Origin: Candidatus Sumerlaeia bacterium
GTDB lineage: Bacteria > Sumerlaeota > Sumerlaeia > MVZB01
Reading direction: 5' to 3'
Assembly: GCA_039683515.1 (NCBI GenBank)
Contig: JBDKRG010000038.1
Coordinates: 6,424 to 70,423 of the forward strand
Length of the DNA: 64,000 nucleotides
Shown one piece after another: positions 28,571 to 37,556 of this stretch (the stretch's first letter is position 1; every line of letters begins with the position of its first letter). A program made the translations under genes and the position numbers. The notes below the pieces were generated by a model that was not told the DNA's origin, made no database searches, and saw nothing but the letters and a program-made list of their open reading frames with translations.

Positions 28571-29523
28571 CGAAAAATCGGCAGCCTGAGCGCCCAGATC
28601 ATCAGCGGCAGCCCCACCACCATGAAGATCCCGGTGCTCCACATGTAGCCGGCGTTGGCCAGGTCCACGTCCAGGTCGTTGATCGTCGCGATCGCCGGGC
28701 CGTAGACCCCGGCCGGCATGCACGCCGCGATGAACAGCGCCCCGGCGAGCATCCCGTGAATGCCGAACGCCATGCACAGCAGGATCATCGCCACCGGGTG
28801 CGCGATGAACTTGACGCCGCACAGCCACACCAGCAGCGGCGTGTAGCCGGTCAGCCGCCTGAAATGCATCCGCGCCCCGATGGCGAACATCGTGATCGAC
28901 GTGCTGACGAACACCATGAATTTCAGAAAACCAAACAGGGCGTGCGGCATCGGCGGCGCCCACACGTTGAGCATCGTCCCGGCGCCGATCCCGACGATGC
29001 TCATCGACGGCGGCGAAAAGATCACCGTCATGAACGACTTGAAGATCGAGCCCCCCTCGCCGTGGCGCCAGTAGTAGGACAGCGGCATCCACACGAAGAA
29101 CGTCGCGGCCAGGTACGGGTACATCATGATGGCGTTATACGGGTAGGCTTCCTGCGGCAGGAACAGCAGCGTCAGGAACCCGGCCATCGTGTACGAGATG
29201 TTGTTCATCGGGATGAGGAGCATGAGGCTGCCGGCCGCCGACTGGTTTTCGGTCAGCTTCGGGCTCAGCCACACGGCGAACGCGGTCGAGACCGCGACCA
29301 GAATCCCCATTAAAATCGGCGACCAGTACCAGTCCGGCAGCGAGCGGTTGAGCGGCCAGATCCCGAGCGCGAGCGTGACCGGCGCGAGGATCGCCATGTT
29401 GGTCCAGTGGAGCGGCCGCGCGATCGAGCCCTCGATCCACCCCAATTTGCGAAACCGATGCCCAAGGACCAAAGGTCCCCAGATCAGCGCCTGCGATATC
29501 AAAAACCGCCCGGTAACAGTCAC
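28567..29523 (-). CDS. AEC (auxin efflux carrier/malate permease)-family transporter
   Basis: GTG start after GGGAGA; about 10 TM helices; family-like motifs NISYTMAGF, MFAIGA, VKFIAHP, ACMPAG. Confidence 0.8.
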   Translation of the reverse strand: MTVTGRFLISQALIWGPLVLGHRFRKLGWIEGSIARPLHWTNMAILAPVTLALGIWPLNRSLPDWYWSPILMGILVAVSTAFAVWLSPKLTENQSAAGSLMLLIPMNNISYTMAGFLTLLFLPQEAYPYNAIMMYPYLAATFFVWMPLSYYWRHGEGGSIFKSFMTVIFSPPSMSIVGIGAGTMLNVWAPPMPHALFGFLKFMVFVSTSITMFAIGARMHFRRLTGYTPLLVWLCGVKFIAHPVAMILLCMAFGIHGMLAGALFIAACMPAGVYGPAIATINDLDVDLANAGYMWSTGIFMVVGLPLMIWALRLPIFR

Positions 29524-29534
29524 GATTTCTCCCA

Positions 29535-29597
29535 GTAGGCCGACGTCGCCGACGGCGGCATTCGGTAACAATGCCGGGTTCGGTGAACCCGGCCTAC
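29535..29597. repeat. GTAG REP-like doublet (right flank; inverted copy of 28500-28570)
   Basis: GTAGGCCGACGTCGCCGACGGCGGCATTC...ATGCCGGGTTCGGTGAACCCGGCCTAC. Confidence 0.85.
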
Positions 29598-30758
29598 TTA
29601 CACATAATTCAGCCCGTACAGCGGCAGCGGCAACGGCAGCGCCCGCCGGAGCGCGTCGGCGAGGCGCCCCCTGGCGTGCGCCAGCGGGTCGAGCTCGGTC
29701 GAGCCGAACAGCGCCGCCAGCGCCTCGACCTCGCCCTTGACCGCAAGCCTCTCGCCGTCGAGCTCGAACGTGAGCCGGTTGACGATCCCGTCCTCGATCT
29801 GGCTGGTCGCCACGAACCCCTCGGCCATGCCGCCGAGCCGCTCGCGCAGCAGCGGCTTGAACTGGCTCATCAGCCGCTCGACGCTGAGCAGCTTGACCGT
29901 GCCGTAGTGCGCGGCCTTCCGGCGGCCGGCGCCGATCGCCAGGCAGGCGTCGGCCAGGGCGGCGTCGCGCGCCTGGCCGTCCCATTCGATTTTTTGCGTG
30001 CCGAAGCGCCGCGCCAACTCGCCCAGGGCCGCCAGCGCCGCCGGCCTCGACCCGCCCGTCTCGCGCACGCCGAACGCCTCGATCCGCGTCGGGTCGGCCA
30101 GCCGCTTGTGGTTGATCGAGAATACGGCCACCGGCCGGCCCGCGCGCTCGACCAGCCACGTCGAGCCGGGGTAGCCCACGACCCAGTCCGTCGCCAGGAG
30201 CTTTTTGTATTCGTCCAGCGTGCGCCGGAACCGGATCGGCTCGGCCTCGAGGAGCGTCCACGCATCCTCGGCCCGATCCGGCGCGAGTTGCGTCACCGCA
30301 AGCCCTTCGGCCTTGGGCAGCCTGGCGGGGTCGATCGCATACTTCACGAAATCGCCGCAGTAGTGCGAGCCGCGCCGCGTGTAGAGCGTCCGCCCCCCGG
30401 AGATCAGCATGATGCCGTAGCCGTCGGCCGTGGCGCGCGCGATCGCGTCGTCCATGAGCGTCCCGGCCAGGCCGCGCCCCTCGCGCTCCTTGCCCGTGCA
30501 GACGAGGCCGACCAGCGCGATCCGCACGTCGCACCCGAGCAGCGCGCCGCGCCCCTCGACCGTGCACACGAGCGAGACCGGCTTGCCGTCCTCTTCGAGA
30601 ACGCGCAGCTGGCTCAGCTTGTCGCGACGCAGCACGAGCGGGTATTGCGCGCGCATATCGGCCCACCCATCCGGCCGGAACACCCGGTTGCACAAAGCGG
30701 TGACGTCATCGTACTGCTCGTCCGAAGGCGTCAATGGCCCGACCAGTTTTACCGGCAT
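29598..30758 (-). CDS. GNAT family N-acetyltransferase (Eis-like architecture)
   Basis: VGLVCTGKEREGRGLAGTLM acetyl-CoA motif, LYTRRG, C-terminal LPLPLPLYGLNYV. Confidence 0.85.
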   Translation of the reverse strand: MPVKLVGPLTPSDEQYDDVTALCNRVFRPDGWADMRAQYPLVLRRDKLSQLRVLEEDGKPVSLVCTVEGRGALLGCDVRIALVGLVCTGKEREGRGLAGTLMDDAIARATADGYGIMLISGGRTLYTRRGSHYCGDFVKYAIDPARLPKAEGLAVTQLAPDRAEDAWTLLEAEPIRFRRTLDEYKKLLATDWVVGYPGSTWLVERAGRPVAVFSINHKRLADPTRIEAFGVRETGGSRPAALAALGELARRFGTQKIEWDGQARDAALADACLAIGAGRRKAAHYGTVKLLSVERLMSQFKPLLRERLGGMAEGFVATSQIEDGIVNRLTFELDGERLAVKGEVEALAALFGSTELDPLAHARGRLADALRRALPLPLPLYGLNYV

Positions 30759-30816
30759 GATTATCTCCGATTTTCCGTGCTGGTGCTTTTAATCGCACCT
30801 TGCAAAGCCAGAACCA

Positions 30817-31058
30817 GGAACCGCGTCAGCGGTTCGACTTTCAAAGCCGTGGGTTGAATCGCCGCTGTTGCGATTCAACCCACGGATCGATCGGATCATT
30901 CAACGAACCGATTTATCGGTTCGACAACAAACCCGGCCACCGGATTGTCGAACCAATAAAATCGGTTCCACTCGCCTGCGCCCATGACCGTGGGTTGCCG
31001 ATTCGAAAACAGAATCGGCAACCCACGGCTTTGAACGTCGAACCGCTGACGCGGTTCC
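30817..31058. mobile_element. Gene-less miniature inverted-repeat element built from tripartite palindromes
   Basis: About 40-bp near-perfect terminal IR (GGAACCGCGTCAGCGGTTCGAC.TTCAAAGCCGTGGGTTG) with internal hairpins; lower GC than the flanking genes. Confidence 0.8.
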
Positions 31059-31114
31059 ACAAACTGCTTAATTTTGCGTGTATTTTGCATTCAATTTAAC
31101 CCAAAGCTCAGCCC

Positions 31115-32332
31115 TCATTCGTAGATCGGGTCGCGCTGGGGCGCCGGTTCCGGTTCCGCCGCCGCGGAGAGGCTGTCCCACGCTTCCCTGAGCATGAAGC
31201 TGATGTGCGGCGTGAACAGTTCCGGCTCGAGCAGGAAGCTGTCGTGCCCCTTGTAGGAGTGGACGGTGATGTATTGGTAGGTCGCCCCGAGCGCCTCGAG
31301 CGCCTCGGCGATCTCGGCCTGGTCCTCCGGCCAGAAGCAGACGTCGGAGTCGATCGAAAACAGCAGCCAGCGGTGCTGGCGGGCCGGGCGCAGCGCCTCG
31401 ACGAGGCTGCTGCCGGCGCGCGCCGTCAGGTCGAAGTGCTGCCACATCTCGATGATGCGCAGGTAGGTGTTGGCGTCGAACCGGCGCACGAACTTCTTGC
31501 CCTGGTGCAGCATATAGCTTTCGATCTGGTGGCGCAGCTTGTAGCCCTTGAGGTCGCCCGCCTCCTGCACGAGCTCGCCGCGCGCGCGGTCCTCCATGAC
31601 GAGCAGGTGCACAAAGTATTTGTGCGAGATCATCCGCGCCAGCATGAGCCCCTTGGTCGGCGGCTCGTCGCCGTAGTAGTCGCCGAAGCGGAAATGGGGG
31701 TCGTTCTGGATCGCGAAGATCTGCTCGAAGTTGCAAAGCTTCTGAAGCGTCGTCGCGCGCGCGCCGGAGGCGATCGGGATGACGCAGCGCGCCCGCTTCG
31801 GGAACCGCGTCGCGAAATCCATCGCCATCATCCCGCCGAGCGAACCGCCGACGACCGCCAGCAGCGTGTCGATCCCGAAGTGGTTCAGCAGCCGCACCTG
31901 CGTGTTCACGACGTCCTGCACGGCGACCGTCGGGAAGCGCTTGCCGTACGGCTTGCCGGTTTCGGGGTCGATCGAGCCCGGCCCCGTCGAGCCGTAGCAG
32001 CCGCCGAGGTAGTTGACGCAGATCACGAAATACCGGTCGGTGTCGAGCGCCCGGCCCGGCCCGATGAAGTCGTCCCACCAGCCCAGGTGGTTCTCCTCCA
32101 TCCACAGGTTCTCGGCGTCGCGGACCTTGGGGTTGTAACCAGCGGCATGATGGCTTCCCGACAATGCATGAAACAGGAGGATCGCGTTGGTCCGCTCGGC
32201 GTTGAGCTCGCCGTAGGTTTCGTAGGCCAGCGTGATCGGCCCGAAAAACGAGCCGTCCTGCAGCTGAAAGCGGTCGTCCGGTTTGTCGGCAAAGGTGAAA
32301 TATTGGCTATGGATGCGCTGGTGAGTCTTCAT
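31115..32332 (-). CDS. metX: Homoserine O-acetyltransferase
   Basis: LAYETYGELN, HALSG, GWWDDFIGPG, GGSLGGM nucleophile elbow, FDANTY, GHDSFL. Confidence 0.93.
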   Translation of the reverse strand: MKTHQRIHSQYFTFADKPDDRFQLQDGSFFGPITLAYETYGELNAERTNAILLFHALSGSHHAAGYNPKVRDAENLWMEENHLGWWDDFIGPGRALDTDRYFVICVNYLGGCYGSTGPGSIDPETGKPYGKRFPTVAVQDVVNTQVRLLNHFGIDTLLAVVGGSLGGMMAMDFATRFPKRARCVIPIASGARATTLQKLCNFEQIFAIQNDPHFRFGDYYGDEPPTKGLMLARMISHKYFVHLLVMEDRARGELVQEAGDLKGYKLRHQIESYMLHQGKKFVRRFDANTYLRIIEMWQHFDLTARAGSSLVEALRPARQHRWLLFSIDSDVCFWPEDQAEIAEALEALGATYQYITVHSYKGHDSFLLEPELFTPHISFMLREAWDSLSAAAEPEPAPQRDPIYE

Positions 32333-32351
32333 TTCAATTCCTCGGACCCTC

Positions 32352-32380
32352 ATTGTGTCCGCTGATTAGCTTCGCGTCAA
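32352..32380 (-). promoter_or_regulatory. Sigma70-like promoter of metX
   Basis: TTGACG-N17-CACAAT, about 20 nt before the ATG. Confidence 0.6.
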
Positions 32381-32483
32381 GGCTCTCTCATTGCGTTCTC
32401 GTGCGTCGTGCGTCGTGCGTCGTGCGTCGTAATCGTAATCGAAAATCGATCCCGCAATCCGCAATCCGAAATCCGCAATCAAA

Positions 32484-33275
32484 TCACTTCCGCCCCGCTT
32501 CCCTCAGCCTCCTGCGGTGTTCGATCATGACCTTGAGCGTCTCCATGATCGTCGCGCCCAGCTTCATCTTGCTGGGGCTCGGCTTGAGGTCGTATCGCAG
32601 GATGAACGGCACTTCCTGGATCTTCGGCCCGAGCATTGACAGGTGGACCAGCAGCTCGTCCGTGCACGCGAAACCTTTTCTGGTCACGAGCCCGTCCTTG
32701 CCGAACCGCTCGAGCCCGGCCTCGATGAGCGAGGCCCGGAACCCGCGGAACCCGCACGTGTAGTCGTGCACGCCCGGCAACCTCAAAAGCTGGCGGAACA
32801 TGTGGCGGGCGCCCCAGCTCATCAGCTGGCGGAAGGGCGGCACGCCGTGCTGCTCGCTGCCGGGCTGGAACCGCGACGCGATCACGAGGTCCGCCCCGGC
32901 CTCGGCCGCCGCGATCATCTCGGCGATCGTCTCGGGCGGGTGGGTCAGGTCGGCGTCCATGAACACGACGAGGTGATCGGGCGCGGCGCTCGACTCGATG
33001 GCCGACATCATGCCGGTCACCAGCGCCGTCCCCAGGCCCTTGTTGACGCCGTGCCTGACGAGCCGCACGTGCGGGTCGCCCGCGGCCAGCGCCTCGACCT
33101 GCGCGGCGGTGTCGTCGGCCGAGCCGTCGTCGACGACGATGATCGCCCAGCCGGGCCGCAGCCCGGCCAGCACCCCCGCGGCGCGCTTGACCAGGGCCCC
33201 GATCGCCTTGGACTCGTTGTACGCCGGCAACACCAGCGTCACGGATTCGATGTGTTTGTCAGGCTGTTCGTTCAC
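32484..33275 (-). CDS. GT2 glycosyltransferase (DPM1/polyprenol-phosphate glycosyltransferase-like)
   Basis: LPAYNE, VDDGSADDT, NKGLG, MDADLTHPP, DYTCGFRG. Confidence 0.93.
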   Translation of the reverse strand: MNEQPDKHIESVTLVLPAYNESKAIGALVKRAAGVLAGLRPGWAIIVVDDGSADDTAAQVEALAAGDPHVRLVRHGVNKGLGTALVTGMMSAIESSAAPDHLVVFMDADLTHPPETIAEMIAAAEAGADLVIASRFQPGSEQHGVPPFRQLMSWGARHMFRQLLRLPGVHDYTCGFRGFRASLIEAGLERFGKDGLVTRKGFACTDELLVHLSMLGPKIQEVPFILRYDLKPSPSKMKLGATIMETLKVMIEHRRRLREAGRK

Positions 33276-33304
33276 AATCCCCCCCACTTGCTCGTGCCGG
33301 ACAG

Positions 33305-33357
33305 GCAAAGCTACCCGATTGTGATCCGTTCAACCCGCCAACCGCAAGCGAAATGGC
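33305..33357 (-). promoter_or_regulatory. Triplicated promoter-like element, copy 1
   Basis: Minus strand CCATTTCGCTTGCGG-N13-CGGATCACAATCGG..AGCTTTGC (TTGCGG-N18-CACAAT); copies at 37398-37451 and 38623-38675. Confidence 0.7.
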
Positions 33358-33425
33358 AAAACCCCGCCGCGCCATTGACAACCCCGGCGCCGTTGTGGAT
33401 AGATACTTACCCTGAGGTTGTTGAG

Positions 33426-33989
33426 ATGCGTTATTTGGTGATCATCGCCCTGTTCGGCATTCTGGCGCCCCGCGCCGCGGCCGCCGGCCCATCCGCCGGC
33501 CCCGATGAGTTGGCGCGGTTCTGCCGGCGCGCCGATTACATCCTCCACGGCCGCGTCACGGCCCAATCCTTCATCCGCGACCGCGACGGCCTCATCTGGA
33601 CGAGCTACACGCTCGTCGTCGCCGAACCGCTCAAGGCCCCCGTGCCGGCCGCGGTCAAAACCTTCCAGTTCCGCCAGCCCGGCGGCTGCTTCGGCGACCT
33701 GCGCCAGGTCGCGACCGGCTCGGCCGACATCCGCCGCGACGACGAGGTGATCCTCTTCACGCGCGATTACGGCGCGGGCTTCCAGTCCGTCGCCGAAGGC
33801 GACCGCGGCTGTCTTCGCGTGCGGACGGTCACGGACGCCCGGCGCGCCGCCGCGAGCCGGGACCGCCGCATCGTGCCCGCCGCGTGCAAAGTCGCCCCCG
33901 GCCGGGCATCGATCGACCTCGACCGCCTGAAAGAGCAGCTGCGCGAAGCCGTCAAGCAAGGCGCCGGAGCCGGGGAGGCGGGCCGGTGA
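33426..33989 (+). CDS. Secreted hypothetical protein (partner of the matrixin-like protein)
   Basis: Signal peptide; ADYILHGRV...FRQPGG...EVILF pattern; stop overlaps the next GTG start. Confidence 0.75.
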   Translation: MRYLVIIALFGILAPRAAAAGPSAGPDELARFCRRADYILHGRVTAQSFIRDRDGLIWTSYTLVVAEPLKAPVPAAVKTFQFRQPGGCFGDLRQVATGSADIRRDDEVILFTRDYGAGFQSVAEGDRGCLRVRTVTDARRAAASRDRRIVPAACKVAPGRASIDLDRLKEQLREAVKQGAGAGEAGR

Positions 33990-35452
33990 AAACGACGCGC
34001 CTCGGCCTCATGGCGGTCGTGCTGACCGGCCTCTGCGTGAACCTCGCCGCCGCCTACACCCACTACGGCACGAGCGTGACCGCCAACGGCGGCCTCCTTT
34101 ACTGGCCCAGCGGCTCCATGACCTACCGGGTCAACTCGCAGGCGGCGTCCCAGTTCAACATCGTTCAGCCCGGCAATGTAAGCAGCGTCATCGACCAGGC
34201 TTTCGGGATTTGGGAGTCCGGCTGCGGATTCAATTTCACGCGCGGCTCGCAGACGAGCGTCACGAACGCCGGCTACGACGCGATCAACCTCGTCACCTTC
34301 GCCGACACCGCCGCCAACCGCTCCGCGCTGGGCGGGATCGCCTGCCGCACGATCCTCACGTTCAACTCCAGCAACGTCATCTTCGACGCCGATATCCTGT
34401 TCCACCCCGATCTGACCATCACGACCGTCAGCAGCTCGACCGACGTGCGCCAACCCAACGCGCACCCCCTGCTGCCGATGATGCTCGGGCAGGCGGGCCA
34501 TTGCATCGCGGTCATGTCGAGCCCGATCCAGTCCGCCTCGATGATGCGCTATGTCGCCGGCCGCACGGCCAAGACCGAGGCCGGCCGGCTCGGCACGTTC
34601 CTGACGCGCGACGACCAGATCGCCGCCAACGTCGCCTCCGCCAAAACCGGGTTCTTTACCGGCACCGGCACGATCTCCGGCTACGTCACCCTCGGCGGCG
34701 CAAAGGTCTACGGCGCGCATGTCGTCGCCGTCGACGCCGCCACCGGCATCGTGGCCGCGGGCAACGTCTCGCTCGGATCCAACCAGGGAACCAAATTCGG
34801 CTACTATCGGATCAAGGGCCTGCCGGCCGGCGCCTACAAGCTCTACGCCGAGCCCGTCGATGCACCCTACGCGTCGGACAACTGGGAAGGCATCCCGTCG
34901 TGGGGCGATTACTGGGGTGGCGATTTTACCGGCGGCTACCGGACGACGTTCCAGGGCGGCAACGCCGCGCCGGCGAGCGTGCAGGTCGCGGCCGGCGGCA
35001 CGACGGCCGTCAACCTGGCGGTGAGCTCGGGCAGCCACTCGATCCTGCCGATCTACAACGCGCTCGTCCCAGCCGGGATCTCGCCCGCGCAGGCCGAAAC
35101 CGGCAGCGTGCTTTACCAGACGTTGAACGTCCACACGCCGATCGTGCTCAAGCCCGGCGAGCGCCGCACGGTCGCGGTCAACGGCGTGGGGCTCATCGGG
35201 ACGACGATTTCCTGTTCGGATCCGGCGATGACGGTCGACGTCTCCGGCCTGCGCACGGGCGTCCTGGGCGACGACACCGAATACCTGATCTTCCAGCTCG
35301 CCGTCCCGGCGACCAGCGCCGAAGGCCCGCGCAACCTGATCTTCAAGTCCGGCGCCGAGACGGCCGTGATGACCGGCGCGATCTACATCGACCCGCAAAA
35401 GCCCTTCATCCGCCGCAACAGCGCCGACAGGACGTGGCGCCTGATGGAGTAG
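33986..35452 (+). CDS. Secreted matrixin/M10-like protein with a degenerate zinc motif, plus carboxypeptidase-regulatory-like and Ig-like domains
   Basis: Signal peptide; QAFGIWE, DAINLVTF, IFDADILF, Met-turn-like ASMMRY and DDQ are present, but HExxHxxGxxH reads GQAGHCIAVMS; GTISGYV...GAHVVA...GLPAGAYKLYAEP. Confidence 0.75.
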   Translation: MKTTRLGLMAVVLTGLCVNLAAAYTHYGTSVTANGGLLYWPSGSMTYRVNSQAASQFNIVQPGNVSSVIDQAFGIWESGCGFNFTRGSQTSVTNAGYDAINLVTFADTAANRSALGGIACRTILTFNSSNVIFDADILFHPDLTITTVSSSTDVRQPNAHPLLPMMLGQAGHCIAVMSSPIQSASMMRYVAGRTAKTEAGRLGTFLTRDDQIAANVASAKTGFFTGTGTISGYVTLGGAKVYGAHVVAVDAATGIVAAGNVSLGSNQGTKFGYYRIKGLPAGAYKLYAEPVDAPYASDNWEGIPSWGDYWGGDFTGGYRTTFQGGNAAPASVQVAAGGTTAVNLAVSSGSHSILPIYNALVPAGISPAQAETGSVLYQTLNVHTPIVLKPGERRTVAVNGVGLIGTTISCSDPAMTVDVSGLRTGVLGDDTEYLIFQLAVPATSAEGPRNLIFKSGAETAVMTGAIYIDPQKPFIRRNSADRTWRLME

Positions 35453-35566
35453 GCCGCAGTGGCGTCGACGTCAACGTGATGGGTTTCTTCTCTTTCCCCT
35501 TGGGTCCCTTGGGTCCTTTTGGTCCTTTGGGTCCTTTTCCAAACCCATCCCAAGCAGCTGGTCAGC

Positions 35567-37378
35567 CTACTCATCGACCCGAACGAGAAGCCCGTGGATC
35601 GGCACGCCCGTCCGGCTTTGCGTCGTCAGCGTGATCTGCATGCGTTCGGTTGTGCCGCTGGTCGCGCATTGAACCAGCTCCGGGCGCGGTCCGAGCACGG
35701 TGACGCGCGGCCTGCCGGGGAGCCGCTCCAGCACGATCCCCGCCGGGTGCGTCGCGTTGATCCCGGCCACGAGCCGCCCGCCGTCCAGGTACGCGCACGT
35801 GTGGCCGAACGCGTCCAGGCAATGCGCCGGGATGGTCAGGGTGTCGCCGCTCCGCCCGTATCCGAGCCTGGCGCTCGTCTTCCGGAAGAAGACGATCCCG
35901 ACGTATTGCGGCGGGTACGCGGTCAGCACCGGCATCCGCGCGTAATCGCGCTTGAACGCCGGCTCCGCCGCGAACCCCTCCTTGTAGCGGTACATCGGGT
36001 CGGAGCCGGCCGTGAACACGATGATGTCCGGAGCGCGGCGCAGGATGTAGCCGGCGTCGCCCAGCTCGTGGCCGAGCATCCCCCCGCCGACGTCCGCGGG
36101 TTTGTGGCGCGCCAGGTATTGGTCGTTGAGCCCGAGCATGTCCACGCTCGGGAACCCCGTCCAGTACGGCAGGCTGCCGGCCGCCGTGACCGCAAGCAGC
36201 GGCCGATTCGCCCCGAACGCGTCCCTGAGCGTCAGCGCCAGCGATCGCCCCTGCCATTCCCACAGCTCATGCCTCGCCCGCGCGTTCTCCGCGAACAAAA
36301 ACTGCACCGGGAAAACGGCCGCCGATGCGACGATCAGCGCCGCGGCCACGGCCCTCCGCCTCCCCCCGGCCGTCAACGCCCCCACCCCCTCGATCAACGC
36401 GAACGTCAGGATCACGGCGAGGGGAACGACATGGCGGTACGCGGGCATGACGTCGCCGCCCATCGCGACGACGTAGCCCGTCCAGAGCGCGAACATCGCG
36501 GCCAGCGGCGCCATGCGCCCGCGCGTCTGCCTGCGGGCGACGCCGGCGGCCATCAACCCGATCGCGACCAGCGCCGCCGGCATCAGCGACAGCAGCCCCA
36601 TGCCCGCGTATTCAAGCCCGCCCGCCAGGTGGCGCGCCGACGGCGTGACCTTGACCCGCGCCGTGTTGGGGATCCATTCGCCGTAATAAGAAAGCCGGAA
36701 CAGAAGCTGGCCGCCGTAGCATGCGACGGGGATCGACGCCAGCGCGAGCGCAACGGCCCAGAACTTCCGCCGCCGCGGCGAGAGCCCCGCCAGCGCCGGC
36801 GATGCGACGGCCGCGGCCGTGAACAGCGGCCCGTCGGGGCGCGTCAGGCACAGGATCCCAAGAAAGAGCGACGCCGCCACGAGCGCCGGGCGATTCTCGT
36901 AATCCGCCCCCGCCGCCCGCAGCAGGAAGAAGATCGCCCCCGCCAGCGCCGCCGCGACCAGCGGCTGCTCGAGCCCGCCGATCGCCCACGCGGCCACCGG
37001 CGCGGCGCTCACGAAGAAAACCGCCCCGGCCGCGAACGCGAGCCTCGACGCGCTTCTTTTGGCCGCGAACACAATCACCACCGCCATGCAACCCACGCCC
37101 AGCAGCCGCGCCGCGACGATCAAATCCATCCCGCACCGGCCGAGCCCGGCGACGAGCAGGACCCACATCAGGTTGGAATAGCCCTCGACCCGCGGCCCGT
37201 CGGTCCAGGTGAGGCCGAAACCATGGATCAGCCGGTCGGCATAGCGCAGCGAGATCAGCGCGTCGTCGGCCAGGAACGGCATGTAGCAGCGGGCATGCGC
37301 GACGAGGATGCCGATGAACGCGAAAACCAGCCCCATTCCGAGCCATTGATTGTCCGGCAAGTTCGTCGGCGGCCTCAC
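35567..37378 (-). CDS. GT-C fold membrane glycosyltransferase (arabinofuranosyltransferase-like)
   Basis: GTG start after GAGGAG; DDALISLRYA, VEGYSN, GLEQP, TRPDG, YYGEWIPNT, GGDVMP and DMLGLND motifs; many TM helices. Confidence 0.85.
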   Translation of the reverse strand: MRPPTNLPDNQWLGMGLVFAFIGILVAHARCYMPFLADDALISLRYADRLIHGFGLTWTDGPRVEGYSNLMWVLLVAGLGRCGMDLIVAARLLGVGCMAVVIVFAAKRSASRLAFAAGAVFFVSAAPVAAWAIGGLEQPLVAAALAGAIFFLLRAAGADYENRPALVAASLFLGILCLTRPDGPLFTAAAVASPALAGLSPRRRKFWAVALALASIPVACYGGQLLFRLSYYGEWIPNTARVKVTPSARHLAGGLEYAGMGLLSLMPAALVAIGLMAAGVARRQTRGRMAPLAAMFALWTGYVVAMGGDVMPAYRHVVPLAVILTFALIEGVGALTAGGRRRAVAAALIVASAAVFPVQFLFAENARARHELWEWQGRSLALTLRDAFGANRPLLAVTAAGSLPYWTGFPSVDMLGLNDQYLARHKPADVGGGMLGHELGDAGYILRRAPDIIVFTAGSDPMYRYKEGFAAEPAFKRDYARMPVLTAYPPQYVGIVFFRKTSARLGYGRSGDTLTIPAHCLDAFGHTCAYLDGGRLVAGINATHPAGIVLERLPGRPRVTVLGPRPELVQCATSGTTERMQITLTTQSRTGVPIHGLLVRVDE

Positions 37379-37397
37379 ATCGAACTCCTCGCGCAAC

Positions 37398-37451
37398 GCA
37401 AATCTGGGCCGATTGTGATCCGCCGGAGCCGGTCGCCACAAGCGAAATGGC
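37398..37451 (-). promoter_or_regulatory. Triplicated promoter-like element, copy 2
   Basis: CCATTTCGCTTGTGG-N13-CGGATCACAATCGGCCCAGATTTGC immediately upstream of the GT-C RBS. Confidence 0.7.
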
Positions 37452-37556
37452 ACTTCGGCTCTTTGGTTTTGGGTTTGAGCTTTGCGCCCACGGTCTCTTT
37501 GCGGCATGCCGATCGGCCGATTCATGGATTGAACCGAACGTGGACTCCCCACGCGG

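Noticed and set aside
32353-32480. SAM riboswitch or T-box upstream of metX
   Set aside because: The promoter lies about 20 nt from the start codon and the upstream DNA is micro-repeat, leaving no room or motif.
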